The notes below the pieces were generated by a model. It had not been told where the DNA came from. It ran no database searches and was given only the letters and a program-made list of their open reading frames with translations. From contig NC_043004.1 of the NCBI RefSeq assembly GCF_006345805.1, positions 79,670,001-79,734,000 of the forward strand: 64,000 bases of DNA. Direction: 5' to 3'. The position numbers were made by a program, and so were the translations under genes. Shown here one piece after another: positions 38,546 through 50,500 of this stretch. The DNA comes from Octopus sinensis (Eukaryota). The number at the start of each line of letters is the position of its first letter. The first letter of the stretch is position 1.

Positions 38546-41500
38546 CTGAAATTGCAGAGAATGAGAAATAAACATGGGGAAATAATTTAGTCAGGGCAAA
38601 AAAAAATGTTAAAGACTTGTACTTAATTAGAATATTAATTTTTTTTCTTTGATTACCCCAAATCTCTCTCACAACCTTTGAACCATTTCACTTGATATCC
38701 ATCCTTAATACTGTCCTCTCCACCCACATTTTATATTGATCACCCCACTTCCTCCTGAGCCACCAAATTATCTCACCTTCTTTGCTTGCTTATCTCTGAT
38801 AAATCTACATGACCATTTCTTTCACCTCCCACCCTGCTGTATCATAGTAATCCTTCTGGTACACTTCACCCCCACCCTATCCATCATCCCTACCCAATCT
38901 CTACACTCATATTTTCCTCCTTATCCACTCAACACGTGTCCTTCATTCATTGTATTTGCCCCTCACCTATCTCTCCTTACACCCTTGCAATCTCCACTCA
39001 CCCACATTCCTGGTTTCTCTGTCTCCACTTGAGGGTCCATACAGATGCCTTGTCACAGCTATTTTTATCCCTTTCCCTCCACCCCCAATCCTCTCTTCTA
39101 AAATGTGAGTGGTCATTTAGCCCATCTACAACAAGAAATCTGTTCTGGTCCCTTAGGCTAAAGTAGAAAACACTTTCCCAACGTGCCATATAGTAGGACT
39201 GAACCCAGAACCATGTGGTTGAAAAGCAAGCTTCTTGCCACTCAATCATGCCTGCACCTATCACAGCCACATTTATATAAGGATTTCACTTTGGCAGAGT
39301 GATTCTAATAACCGGTTGTTAGAATTCAATATTGCCATGCTTTATTCTAAAGTGTTAGGAGGAGAGAACAGAGTGTAATGACTGGTTACTGAGTGTGCCA
39401 TAAGAATCACAGTGCACTCACAGCTGGATGCCTCTACATTATCTTATAGCTTCCTTGTAATTTGTGTTCCTTTGTCATTTTATTTATCTATTTCATATAT
39501 CATCATTGTTTAATGTCCGTTTTCCATGCTAGCATGGGTTGGACTGAGGACTGGTGAACCAGATGGCTGCACCAGGCTCTAATCTGATCTGGCAGAGTTT
39601 CTACAGCTGGATGCCCTTCCTAACGCCAACCACTCCGAGAGTGTAGTGGGTGCTTTTACGTACCAATCAGATGGTACTGGCAATGGCCATGCTTTTATAC
39701 ACACACACACACACACACAGGCAGCAAGCTGGCCGAAACGTTAGCAACCGGGCAAAATGCTTAGTTGTATTTCATGTCTTTACATTCTGAGTTCAAATTT
39801 TGCCGAGGTTTTTTGCCTTCCAGGGTCAATAAACTAAGTACTAGCTGTGTACTTAGTTCAATCTAATTGACTGGCCCCCTCCCCAAAGGTTTCGGACCTT
39901 GTGCCTAGAGTAGAAAAGAATATATAAAAGAAAAGAAGACCATATTTACCATTTGTGTTTCACAGAGAAGTTTGTTTCCTCTGATTAAGTTGCCAATGGT
40001 CATATGGAAGTAACAGTTACCGCTGCTCCAGTTAGAAATCTTGGTAAATGGATGTGTTGCCAATATATTCTACAAAAGAAAAAAAGACGATGGATATATT
40101 AGAATTCTATGATTTTTGTTTTTGCATTTCTTTTAAGCCCCACATCAAACAGTAGGTGTGCTTTATAATCCTTTTGAACTCTAGTCTTAGCCCAGTTTTC
40201 TCATCTATGTAAATCAACACTAGACATTCATCATCATCATTTAATGTCCGTTTTCCATGCTAGCACGGGTTGGACCAGGAGGCTGCACTAGGCTCCAGTC
40301 TGATCTGGCACTGTTTCTACAGCTGGATGCCCTTCCTAACGCCAACCACTCCGTGAGTGTAGTGGGTGCTTTTTACGTGCCAGCGGCACAGGTACCAGGG
40401 GAGGCTGGCAGCAGCCACAATCGGTTGGTGCTTTTTACGTGCCAGCGGCACAGGTACCAGGGGAGGCTGGGATCGGCCACATTCGGATGGTGCTTTTTAC
40501 GTGCACAGGTATCACAACTACAATTTCTATTTGATATTTATTTTGATGTTGATATACTTGACACAATAGGTCTCCTCAAGCACATTAGTTTTATTAATTT
40601 CCCCCTTCAGTTGTCAGAATGCTTTGTTAAGTTAGACATCTTCCATCTTTGTTGGTATAAAACAGATCATCAAAATTCAATAATCTTTTAAGAAAAACAA
40701 TGTTTTCACACATTTTCTACCTGCTAAATGTTAGGTTAATCATGAAAATATTTACAAGACTTTAAAATGATGACGATGCTACTGGCTTAAGATGCAAGTG
40801 GTTCAGAGTTGTTTTTTTTTCTTTTTTTCTGACTAAATAAGATATTCTTATAAATAAGATATTCTTAGCCTGATAGGTGAGGGGGCTCAGACCCAACACC
40901 ATTCTATGTCACTCACTGTGGTCCATTCATTGTATCTTCATGCTCTCTTTGGTATGAATAGACCCTGAGATCTCATCCTTCCTGATGAGAGTTGAAGTAT
41001 CAAGAATTATTAAGGATAGAGTTAAAGGGAGGACATCTAATATTGATTTTGCTCATAGTTATTGAGACTAGTTTCTACTGAACTACTATGCTGGCATGGG
41101 TTTGACAGTTTGACTGATGATCCAGAGGCTGCACCAGGCTCAATCTGATCTGGCAAAGTTTCTACTGTTGGATGCCCTTCCTAATGCCAACCACTCCGAG
41201 AGTGTAGTGGGTGCTTTTTACGTCCCACTGGCATGAGAGCCAGTCAGGCAGTTCTGGCACCAACCACACTCAAAAGGTGTTTTTATGTGCTACCTGCATG
41301 AGAGCCAATCCGGCAGCACTGGTAACGACCATGCTCGAATGTTGTTTTTCATGTGGCACCGGTACATGTGCTGGTACAGCGATGCTGGCAAAGATCATGC
41401 TTGATTGGTGCTTTTCACATGTCACCAGCATGGGAACCAATCCATGGCCCTGGCAATGATCATGCTCAAATGTGCTTTTAATGTTCCACTGGCTCGTGTG

Positions 41501-44500
41501 CCAATCAGGCAGTACTGTTACTGGCCACCAAAACTGGCAGGGAAAATTATATTTGATTGCAGAAAAAAACCAATTAAATACATTGATTTTTCAGTGGGAG
41601 ACAAAAATTGTGGTGAGATCATGTTATATTAGTGAGCACATTGCCTTCATATAAATTCAATAATTAATCCTTTTGATTACCAACCTGCCCAAAGCTACCT
41701 GTGGTTTTATGATACAAACTTTGTTTTAAAGCAATCTAAATTAAAACTTCCCATCAAAATTTCATACTAATCTGTCCCAAACACCAGTTTAATAACAACA
41801 AATATTACTAAAATTTTATAAAAAACTGTTATTTTCAAAATTAATAGAATCAAAGACAGCGTATTTATTTCTCTGGAAATATAATAACAAAAGGAGTTTA
41901 AGTTACAAATCTTTGAAGTAAATTTGTTGTTGGAATATTTTAGGATTTTCTTTTATTATTTATTTTTTTTTTTTTTTCAGAAATTGTCTTGAACTTACCT
42001 TTGTTTTTGGATGTATCAAATTCACTCCATTCTTGTTGATAGCAATTAGAAGCTGCTCAGGATAGCTGGCCTCCATACTTTGCTGTTAAAAGAAAAATGG
42101 TAGAGTTCTTTAGTAACTATTACCAGGAAGTAGCTGAATATTCTTCAATAGATACCAATTAAGAAGAATTGAGAAAAATCCATGAATATGTAAAGATGAT
42201 GATGTTACATTTTGACTTGATACGTGCAAATATGTTCTACCTGGATTTACTGTGTAGTGTCTTAATTAATGTTGCTACCTTATTGTTAAGTTCATACCAA
42301 TGTTTGAACATTTCTCAAATAGAACATTACAGTAGAACCTCACAGAACGAGTGTCCCATTGTATGAGTAATTTGCTGTATGAACCAAGAGTGGTGTGAGT
42401 TTTTGTCTTGTAATATGAGCACACAAATCATCCCATCTTTTAGGTAATTCATTTAATGAAACCAGTTTACATATGTCTTTTGCATTCTCTGTTTTATAAT
42501 TGTCATTTTACTTGTAACTATGCCTTTTCTGTGTTAAAACCCATAAAAAATTATTCTTGAGTGGTTTTGTAGGCCTGGAACGGATTAATTATATTTTAGT
42601 TAATTTCAATGGGGAAAATTAATTTGTAAAATGAGTAGATCGTAAGACGAGCTCGGTCATGGAATGAATTAAACTTGTACTGCGAGGTATCACTGTATTT
42701 GGGAAGAGTGTATATAACATAGATTTATGTATATTGGGCATGATGAACGCTCTGAAGTAGAATATTATAAATTCTCAACTCTGTTTCATCTCAAGGTTTA
42801 GAATTTTTTCTTCTTTTACAGCTAGACTGAACAGGTTTCAAACTATAAAAGGTAATTAAGAAATTCTAATTTAATTACCATATTCTCTCAACATTAATGA
42901 TGAGTTGAATTATCAAGTTTAGAATATCAAAAGTGACAAATTTTTCTGAGATTTTAAAACTAAAAATATAAAATAGAGAAACTCACTTTAACATCAAAGA
43001 AAGCAGATCCAAATGTTGGCCAGGTGGCAATTTTCTTGAGGAACTCAACTTTAGCCGTTTGGTCAGTCATTCCAGCAGCGGCATTGTAATGTGATATTAT
43101 TTGCTGTAGAAGTAAATTTCAATAAGTATTTATGATTAGGCTTAAATGTCATCATCATCATCATCATCAACATTTAGCTTTCGCTTTTCCATGCTTGCAT
43201 GGGTGGGACAGAATTTGTTGAGGCAGATTTTCTTTGACCAGATATAATCTGTCTTACAAGAAATGCTCTTTGTGAAATCTTGGAAACAGGTGAAGGTGGA
43301 CAACAGGAAAAGCATCCATCTATTAAAACCTGCTACAATAAGTTCTGACACATGCAACCATAAATAGGTTGACCAATGATTTCTTACCCTCCCCCTGTCT
43401 TTCTCTCTCTCTCTCATGTGGCCTAGTGGTTAGGGCATTGCACTCCCAATCACTTGTCCGTGAGTTCATTTCAAAGACCATGCAGTGCATTGTTTTCTTG
43501 AGCAAAATACCATTTCCCATTGCTCCAGTTCACTCAGCTGTAAACAGCTCACCCTGCAATGGTCAATCTTCTGGTCAGGTGAGGACTATTGACCTGCTTG
43601 CCTTTGCAGTGGGATGGTGTCATTCGAAAGCTAAAACAATGCAAAGCGCATCATGACCAGCGATGTATAACAACACCTGAGAGTCAGGTTGATCAGGTGA
43701 TATATGTACAAGAGATACAGAAGACAGGAATATAAAGTATGTGTTTATTTAATGTTTGTTTTCCCCTTCAAGCATGGATGTGGACATAACATATACATTT
43801 CTTTACTACCCACAAGGGGACAAACAAGGACAGACAAAGAGATTAAGTCGATTACATCGACCCAGTGCGAAACTGGTACTTTATTTATCAACCCCGAGAG
43901 GATGAAAGGCAAAGTCGACCTTGGCAGAATTTGAACTCAGAATGTAACGACAGACGAAATACTGCTAAGTATTTTGCCCGGCACGCTAACGTTTCTGCCA
44001 GCTCGCCGCCTAACATATGTGGACCATAACATATATGAGGCACTGTTTTACAGTCAGGGGCTCTTCCTGTTGCTAACCCTTAACTATTTTCAAATAAGGG
44101 ATATTTTTATCCCGCTTGTCTTTCAAAGTGTAGAGTGACTGGTTTATAATGACAAGGAATACAAACTTCAGGACACTATTTTGTGCAACTGAAGCCGTGG
44201 AATATTAATATTCATGCACGTTTACATACATACACATGATAGGCTTCCTACAGTTTCCATCAACCAAATTCACTCACAGGACATTGACTGCAATAAGACT
44301 GTAGTAGAAAATGTTTGCTCAAGGTACTGCACAGTGAGATTGAACCTGGAAACTCATGGTTGTGAAGCAAAGATTTTAAACTACACAACCATCGTGCATG
44401 CAAACATATATATAAAGAGCTATGTTAAGAAAAAATGATAATGCTTACCTTCTTCCAATCATCTGGGGACTGTGCTCTTATTAAATCAGAAGAAATGTAG

Positions 44501-47500
44501 TCCCTGAGGGATTTCCTGAAAGCGAATACAATAATTGTAATAATAATAATAATGGTTTCAAATTTTGCCACAAGGGCAGCAATTTTGGGAGGGGTTGAGC
44601 CAATGACTTTGACCCCAGTACTCAAAAGGATAAAAGGTAAAGCTGAACTCGGAATTTGAACTCAGAATGCAAGGATAGACAAAATGCCACCAAGTGGCAC
44701 TATAAATGGACAGCCTCTAAAAGACTACAGAGTTTTATGTTTCTCTTAAGATATCAATTTTGGGACAAGATTTGAAAGAAATCTGAACAAATAGGTGTAG
44801 GAGTGGCTGTGTGGTAAGTAGCTTGCTTACGAACCTCATGGTTCCGGGTTCAGTCCCCCTGCGTCGTACCTTGGGCAAGTGTCTTCTGCTATAGCCTCAG
44901 GCCGACCAAGACCTTGGGGATTTGGTAGACGGAAACTGAAAGAAGCCCGTCATATATATATATATAATATATATATATATACGTATATGTGTGTATGTCT
45001 GTGTGCCTGTGTTTGTCCCCCCAACATCGCTTGACAACCAATGCTGGTGTGTTTATGTCCCCGTAACTTAGTGGTTCGGCAAAATAGACCGATAGAATAA
45101 GTACTAGGCTTACAAAGAATAAGTCCTGGGGTTGATTCGTTCGACTAAAGGCAGTGCTCCAGCATGGCCACAGTCAAATGACTGAAACAAGTATAAGAGT
45201 AAATATCAAAATGAGAAAAAAATGTAAATTAGAAATAATTCTTTTTTTCTTTTGACTGTGGCCATGCTGGAGCACTGCCTTTAGTCGAGCAAATCGACCC
45301 TGAGACTTATTCTTCGTAAGCCTAGTACTTATTAAATTGGTCTCTTTTGCCGAACCACTAGATTGCGGGGATATAAATGTACCAGCATTGGTTGTCAAGT
45401 GATGTTGGCGGGACAAACACACATACACATGCAACACACGCATATATATATATATATACATATATGATGATGGGCTTCTTTCAGTTTCTGTCTACCAAAT
45501 CCACTCACAAGGCTTTGGTTGGCCTGAGGCTATTGTAGAAGACACTTGCCCAAGGTGCCACGCAGTGGGACTGAACCTGGAACCATGTGGCTGGTAAGCA
45601 AGCTACTTACCACACAGCCACTCCTGCGCCTATTGAATATAACGAAGATTCTTCCATAAATTGCATGCTACATCCATGACAACTTCTGAAAAGTAAAAGA
45701 CAAATGTGAAGAAATTTAACTTACGAAATGCTTGGTAGTTGGCTTTTGTCGTCAATGTATTTGACTCTGTAGATCAGAGAGGCTAACAGGGCAGCATCCT
45801 CTTTAGTGCACTTATGATAACCCCGAAGATATTTTGGAAGTTCCTGCAAAAAAGAGAAAATTCATGAATCTTTTTTTTATCTTCAGATTTTAAAAACTAT
45901 TTACAGTTGTCTAACCCTTTAATTTTCAGATTACTATCAAATGCAATGCTTATTTATTCCTACTGAATTAACCCTGTGGCATCATGTTCCTGGTGTACCA
46001 GAAATAGCCTAAACGCAATCTCTACCAGATTCCCGTTAAAGTGGTAATGGACAACACATATAAATAAAGCAGATAAAATATTCAAATTAGGCAACTGATC
46101 CACGTTGCAGTTTTGTTGCAGAGTGTGCTTATGATTCATTGATAAGGATGTCCCCAATAACTGTTGCTTACTTTCATTTTTAATTGGAAAAATAGATTTT
46201 TACAATGAAACAAGTATGTGAGTGATTCAAAACTTCAACTGGTAAATGAGCAAAGCCTAGACTCTTTACAGTTAAGGAAATTATTGATAATACAGTTCTA
46301 TATTTAAGAGATGAGGAATTATGTACATTATTTACATTTGACAGCTATTTGTCCTCATCTTGTTTGTTATTAACACAACGTTTCAGCTGATATACCCTCC
46401 AGCCTTCATCAGGTGTCTTGGGGAAATTTTGAACCTGATACTAAAAGACAACAACAACCTGAAAATTGTTATTTTGTTAAGCAAGAGGGATCTGAAACAT
46501 GGTTCCACTTCCTGCTTGAAGACTGTTCTCAGCTCTTAAACATGAGTGTCAGACATTCTATTTCCCTTCCTTCTGTGTATTTTTTTTTCCATTAAGATAC
46601 TTTACTGTTTTCCCTCAAAAAAAAAAAAGAAAAAACACTCCCCCTCCCAATAAAATTTACAGTTTTCACCTGAAAACACTCACCTGGAAATAATGAAAGA
46701 TAGTGTCAGCATTTACATCCACTCCCGGAACTGTGTTGGTCCATAACTTTTTCATGAAGAATACTTGGTAAGTAAATGGGGAGACTGTTCCTGGAGAAAA
46801 TTAAATAAAAAATATGAGACTAGCAGACTAAAGAAGATTGTGATAGATATACTTGATTGTATATTACAAGTCAAGGGTTCAAACGTTTATATATACATCC
46901 AGTGACCTTTCTTTACTTAAAATGATTTAGGTCCCTTCAAAATTGATTCAACTTAAGGTATGTCCTTATCTCTGTTCTGATTTTGTTCGAATTCTGTTTT
47001 GGAACCCTTTGTTTCTCTCCATAATAAAAGCTAATATTTTCTAAATTGTAATAACTTGTGGGGCCCAAGTTTCTAGTATTAAGGACCCTTAAGACCCAAG
47101 TCTAGCGTTAATGGCTAATTAACTTCAAGTTTTTGTGGCATTAAGGACCAACAAAGCTGAAGTCTCTCCAATATCAAGGACACATGATGCTCAAGTCTTT
47201 AGCTTAAGGCTCATGGTACTGTAGTTTCTAATATAAAGAATGTGGGGTCAAATCTTTCTAGTATTCAGGACCCGTGATGCTGAAGTTTCCAAGAGACTTC
47301 GAGAAGGACCATGGGTTGCATCCTTTCATCCAAAGTAATCAAGTAAAAAAAAAAAAACATTTTAAAATTTACAAAATTAAAATAGCAAAGAAACTGTTTT
47401 GAATCCCTACCTTCACGAGCAGGTCTTGCTTTGCGTATCCAATCAGTTAAATAACGAACAAAATCAAAGAAAAAATCTCCTTCTGGGACACTAATGACTG

Positions 47501-50500
47501 AAATAAAACAATAATTATGCAGTAATTAGTATTTTACTAATTATCATGTAATTAGCTTAACAAGACTGTTTAATTTTACTAATTAATCAAAGGATTAGTG
47601 TAATAAGATAAAATTTACACTGTATCTAATTTTACTAATTATCATAGAATTAGTATAACTAAATCAGACAATATTTGGTTTCCCTCATCATGTAATGATT
47701 TTCTTAATAATTTGTATGATTTTTCTTATGTCTATGCTTCTGTTTTAGTAAAGATATTTAAAGTTTGTTAACCCTTTTGTTACCATATTTCTGTTGAAAT
47801 ATGACATTTAGAAATTAAGACTTGTTCCACAGACACAGCAAGAAGTAAGTAACAAAGCAGTAATATGTGAATTGTTTACCTTTGTCTGCAATTTTGACAA
47901 ACAAACTGAAACCTTCAGAGGATTTAAGGCGAAGTTTCTGGGCAATATTTTGGCAGAAGTCCTTGGCTCTGGTACTTGAATCAACTTCAAAGGCCTGAAA
48001 GGTTAAAAAAAGAGAGAAAAAAACCCCCAGATTATTACAGAATTTAGTTGATTAACTAAAGTGATTTATTTTAATGTCAAATACATTATCCAAGCCATAA
48101 TGATGTGGTTAAGAAATTCAATTTGCAGCTACATGATTTTGGGTTCAATCCCACAGTGCAACATCTTAGGCAAGTTTCTTCTATTATGGCCCTGGGTTGC
48201 CAATGCCTTCTAAGTAGATTTGGTAGACCAATGTGTATACATGTGTGTGTGTGTGTTTATGTTTGTTCCACACTGCTTGACAACCGTTATTGGTTTGTTT
48301 ACATCTCCTGTAACTTAGTGGTGCAGCAAAAGAAACTGATACAATAAATACCAGACTTAAAGAAACATAAGTATGGCGGTTGATTTGTGCAACTAAAATC
48401 CTTCAAGGTGGTGCTACAGCATGGCCAGAGTCCAATGATGGCAATAAGTAAAAAAAATAAAATAATATTTTAACCCGCTTACCTGATCAGTATCATCAGG
48501 GAAATATACTTTGTGAAGAATCTGGGTTGTTTTGTGACGAATAGCCTCCACTTCAACATGATGGGGAGGATATTTACGGGTACCGTTTCTGGAAAATGGA
48601 AATAACATGTTTTAATATTCTTTATCCCTGCTTTCAAAGTATCAAGCAGCTGAGAGATGTTTCCCTCTTTACATTTGATTTTTGTGCATAAGAAAATCTG
48701 GTTTATATATATATATGTACGTGTATACAAACACACACATATATATATATATATAGTTCTCACAGATGAGATCCAGAGATTCTCCACACAGATGTTTCAA
48801 ACTTAGACTCTGATAATACAGTTCTATATTTAAGAGATGAGGAATTATGTACTTTATTTACATTATTTACATTTGACGGATATTTGTCCTCATCTTGTTT
48901 GTTGTTAACACAATGTTTCGGCTGATCTACCCTCCAGCCTTCATCAGGTGTCTTGAGGAAATTTCGAACCTGGGTTCTCATTCCTAAGGTATTTTTCAAT
49001 GTTGTTATTATTATCATTATTATTATTACTATTATCAATCAGGTCGCTGCCGGGAAACGAACTTGGCTGGAGGGTGTATCGGCTGAAACATTGTGTTAAC
49101 AAGATGAGGACAAATATCCGTCAAATGTAAATAATGTAAGTTAGACTCTGATGTCTTTACAGGGGATCAATTCCACGGGGTAAAGAAAGGCTATAAAAGG
49201 GATCAAGTTGAGTGGGTCTAGAGTTAATTATGCAGATAAACAATCAGACACATTAAATATAATAATTTGGGTATGAAATACAAAATATGTATACAGGCAA
49301 AACGAGAAAAAGCAAAGGGTGGAGACTTTCAGATGATGAATTTTATGTACGAATCTATAGATGTAAATAGTTCTAACTTACATAGAGTACAAACGACAGA
49401 GAATATTAAAGGGGAGGAAGTAAGGTGTTATAAGTACAACAGCTGTTTCTAGGGGCTCGGAGATCCTTAATAATGTTGGTAGATGTAGTTTATCACAATA
49501 TGAGTCCCCATCATCAGGGTAGAGAAAGATCTTATATGTCAGATCTTAATGCAGAGAACTTCTGTGCATTAAAATCTGGCTTTCAGGGTCATCACCATTG
49601 ACCCGCAATTCGTCTCCTGTTATGACTATTTTCAAACAGTTTCTGTCTTCCTCAATGCAATTAAGGAGGCCCTGCACAGCAGAAACCTGATCTTATTCAG
49701 ACAAGCATACTCTACACATTTTACTTCCAAACATTGCTATAAACAACAGAAGTGAGCAAGAATGTTACAACTTAGTGTGCATACATGACAGATATCAATG
49801 TTAATCTACGCCAAACAGCTTCCCTCCGCATACTTTAGCACTGTTACCACAGCAACAATTCCAATACTTTGTATATATTTATATATATACACACATACAT
49901 ACATGTGAGAGGGCAGCAAGCTGGCAGAATTGTTAGCACACTGGGAAAAATGCTTAGCGGTATTTTGTTTGTTTTTACATTCTGAGTTAAAATTCTACTG
50001 AGGTCAACTTTGCCTTTCATCCTTTTGGGGTCGATTAAATAAGTACCAGTTATGCACTAGGGTCGATGTAATCGGCTTAATCCCTTTGTCTGTCCTTGTT
50101 TCTCCCCTCTATGTTTAGATCCCTGTGAGCAATAAAGAAATATATATGTGTGTGTGTGTGTGTGTACAGCAGTTGATGTAACATGGAAAGAACGTTGCAT
50201 ATTTGCTTACCTTAAAGTTTTCTGTAATCGCTGCAGGCAGTCATGAGCGAGTGGATTAATATGTGATCTCAAGAACAACGTGAGTTCCTTCAGCAGTACA
50301 TTACTGGGAGCATAGCAACCAGTGGCAAGCCACATTAGTTCCCATCCACGCTCTTCACCCAATCTGAAAGGAAATTCAATGGATTTTTTTATTACGAAAT
50401 CACCTGAGACAACTTTTACATGATCCATCAAAGATTTGGTCAGATGCAAAGTGGTAGGTGGAGTGGGGCTGAATGGTTAAGAAACCATGGGGTCATGGGT

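Noticed and set aside
42800-42860. Plus-strand exon-like signal (ttttacag ... aaaag|gtaatt)
   Set aside because: It is only about 30 nt, antisense to MYO7A, and has no partner exons or recognisable product.
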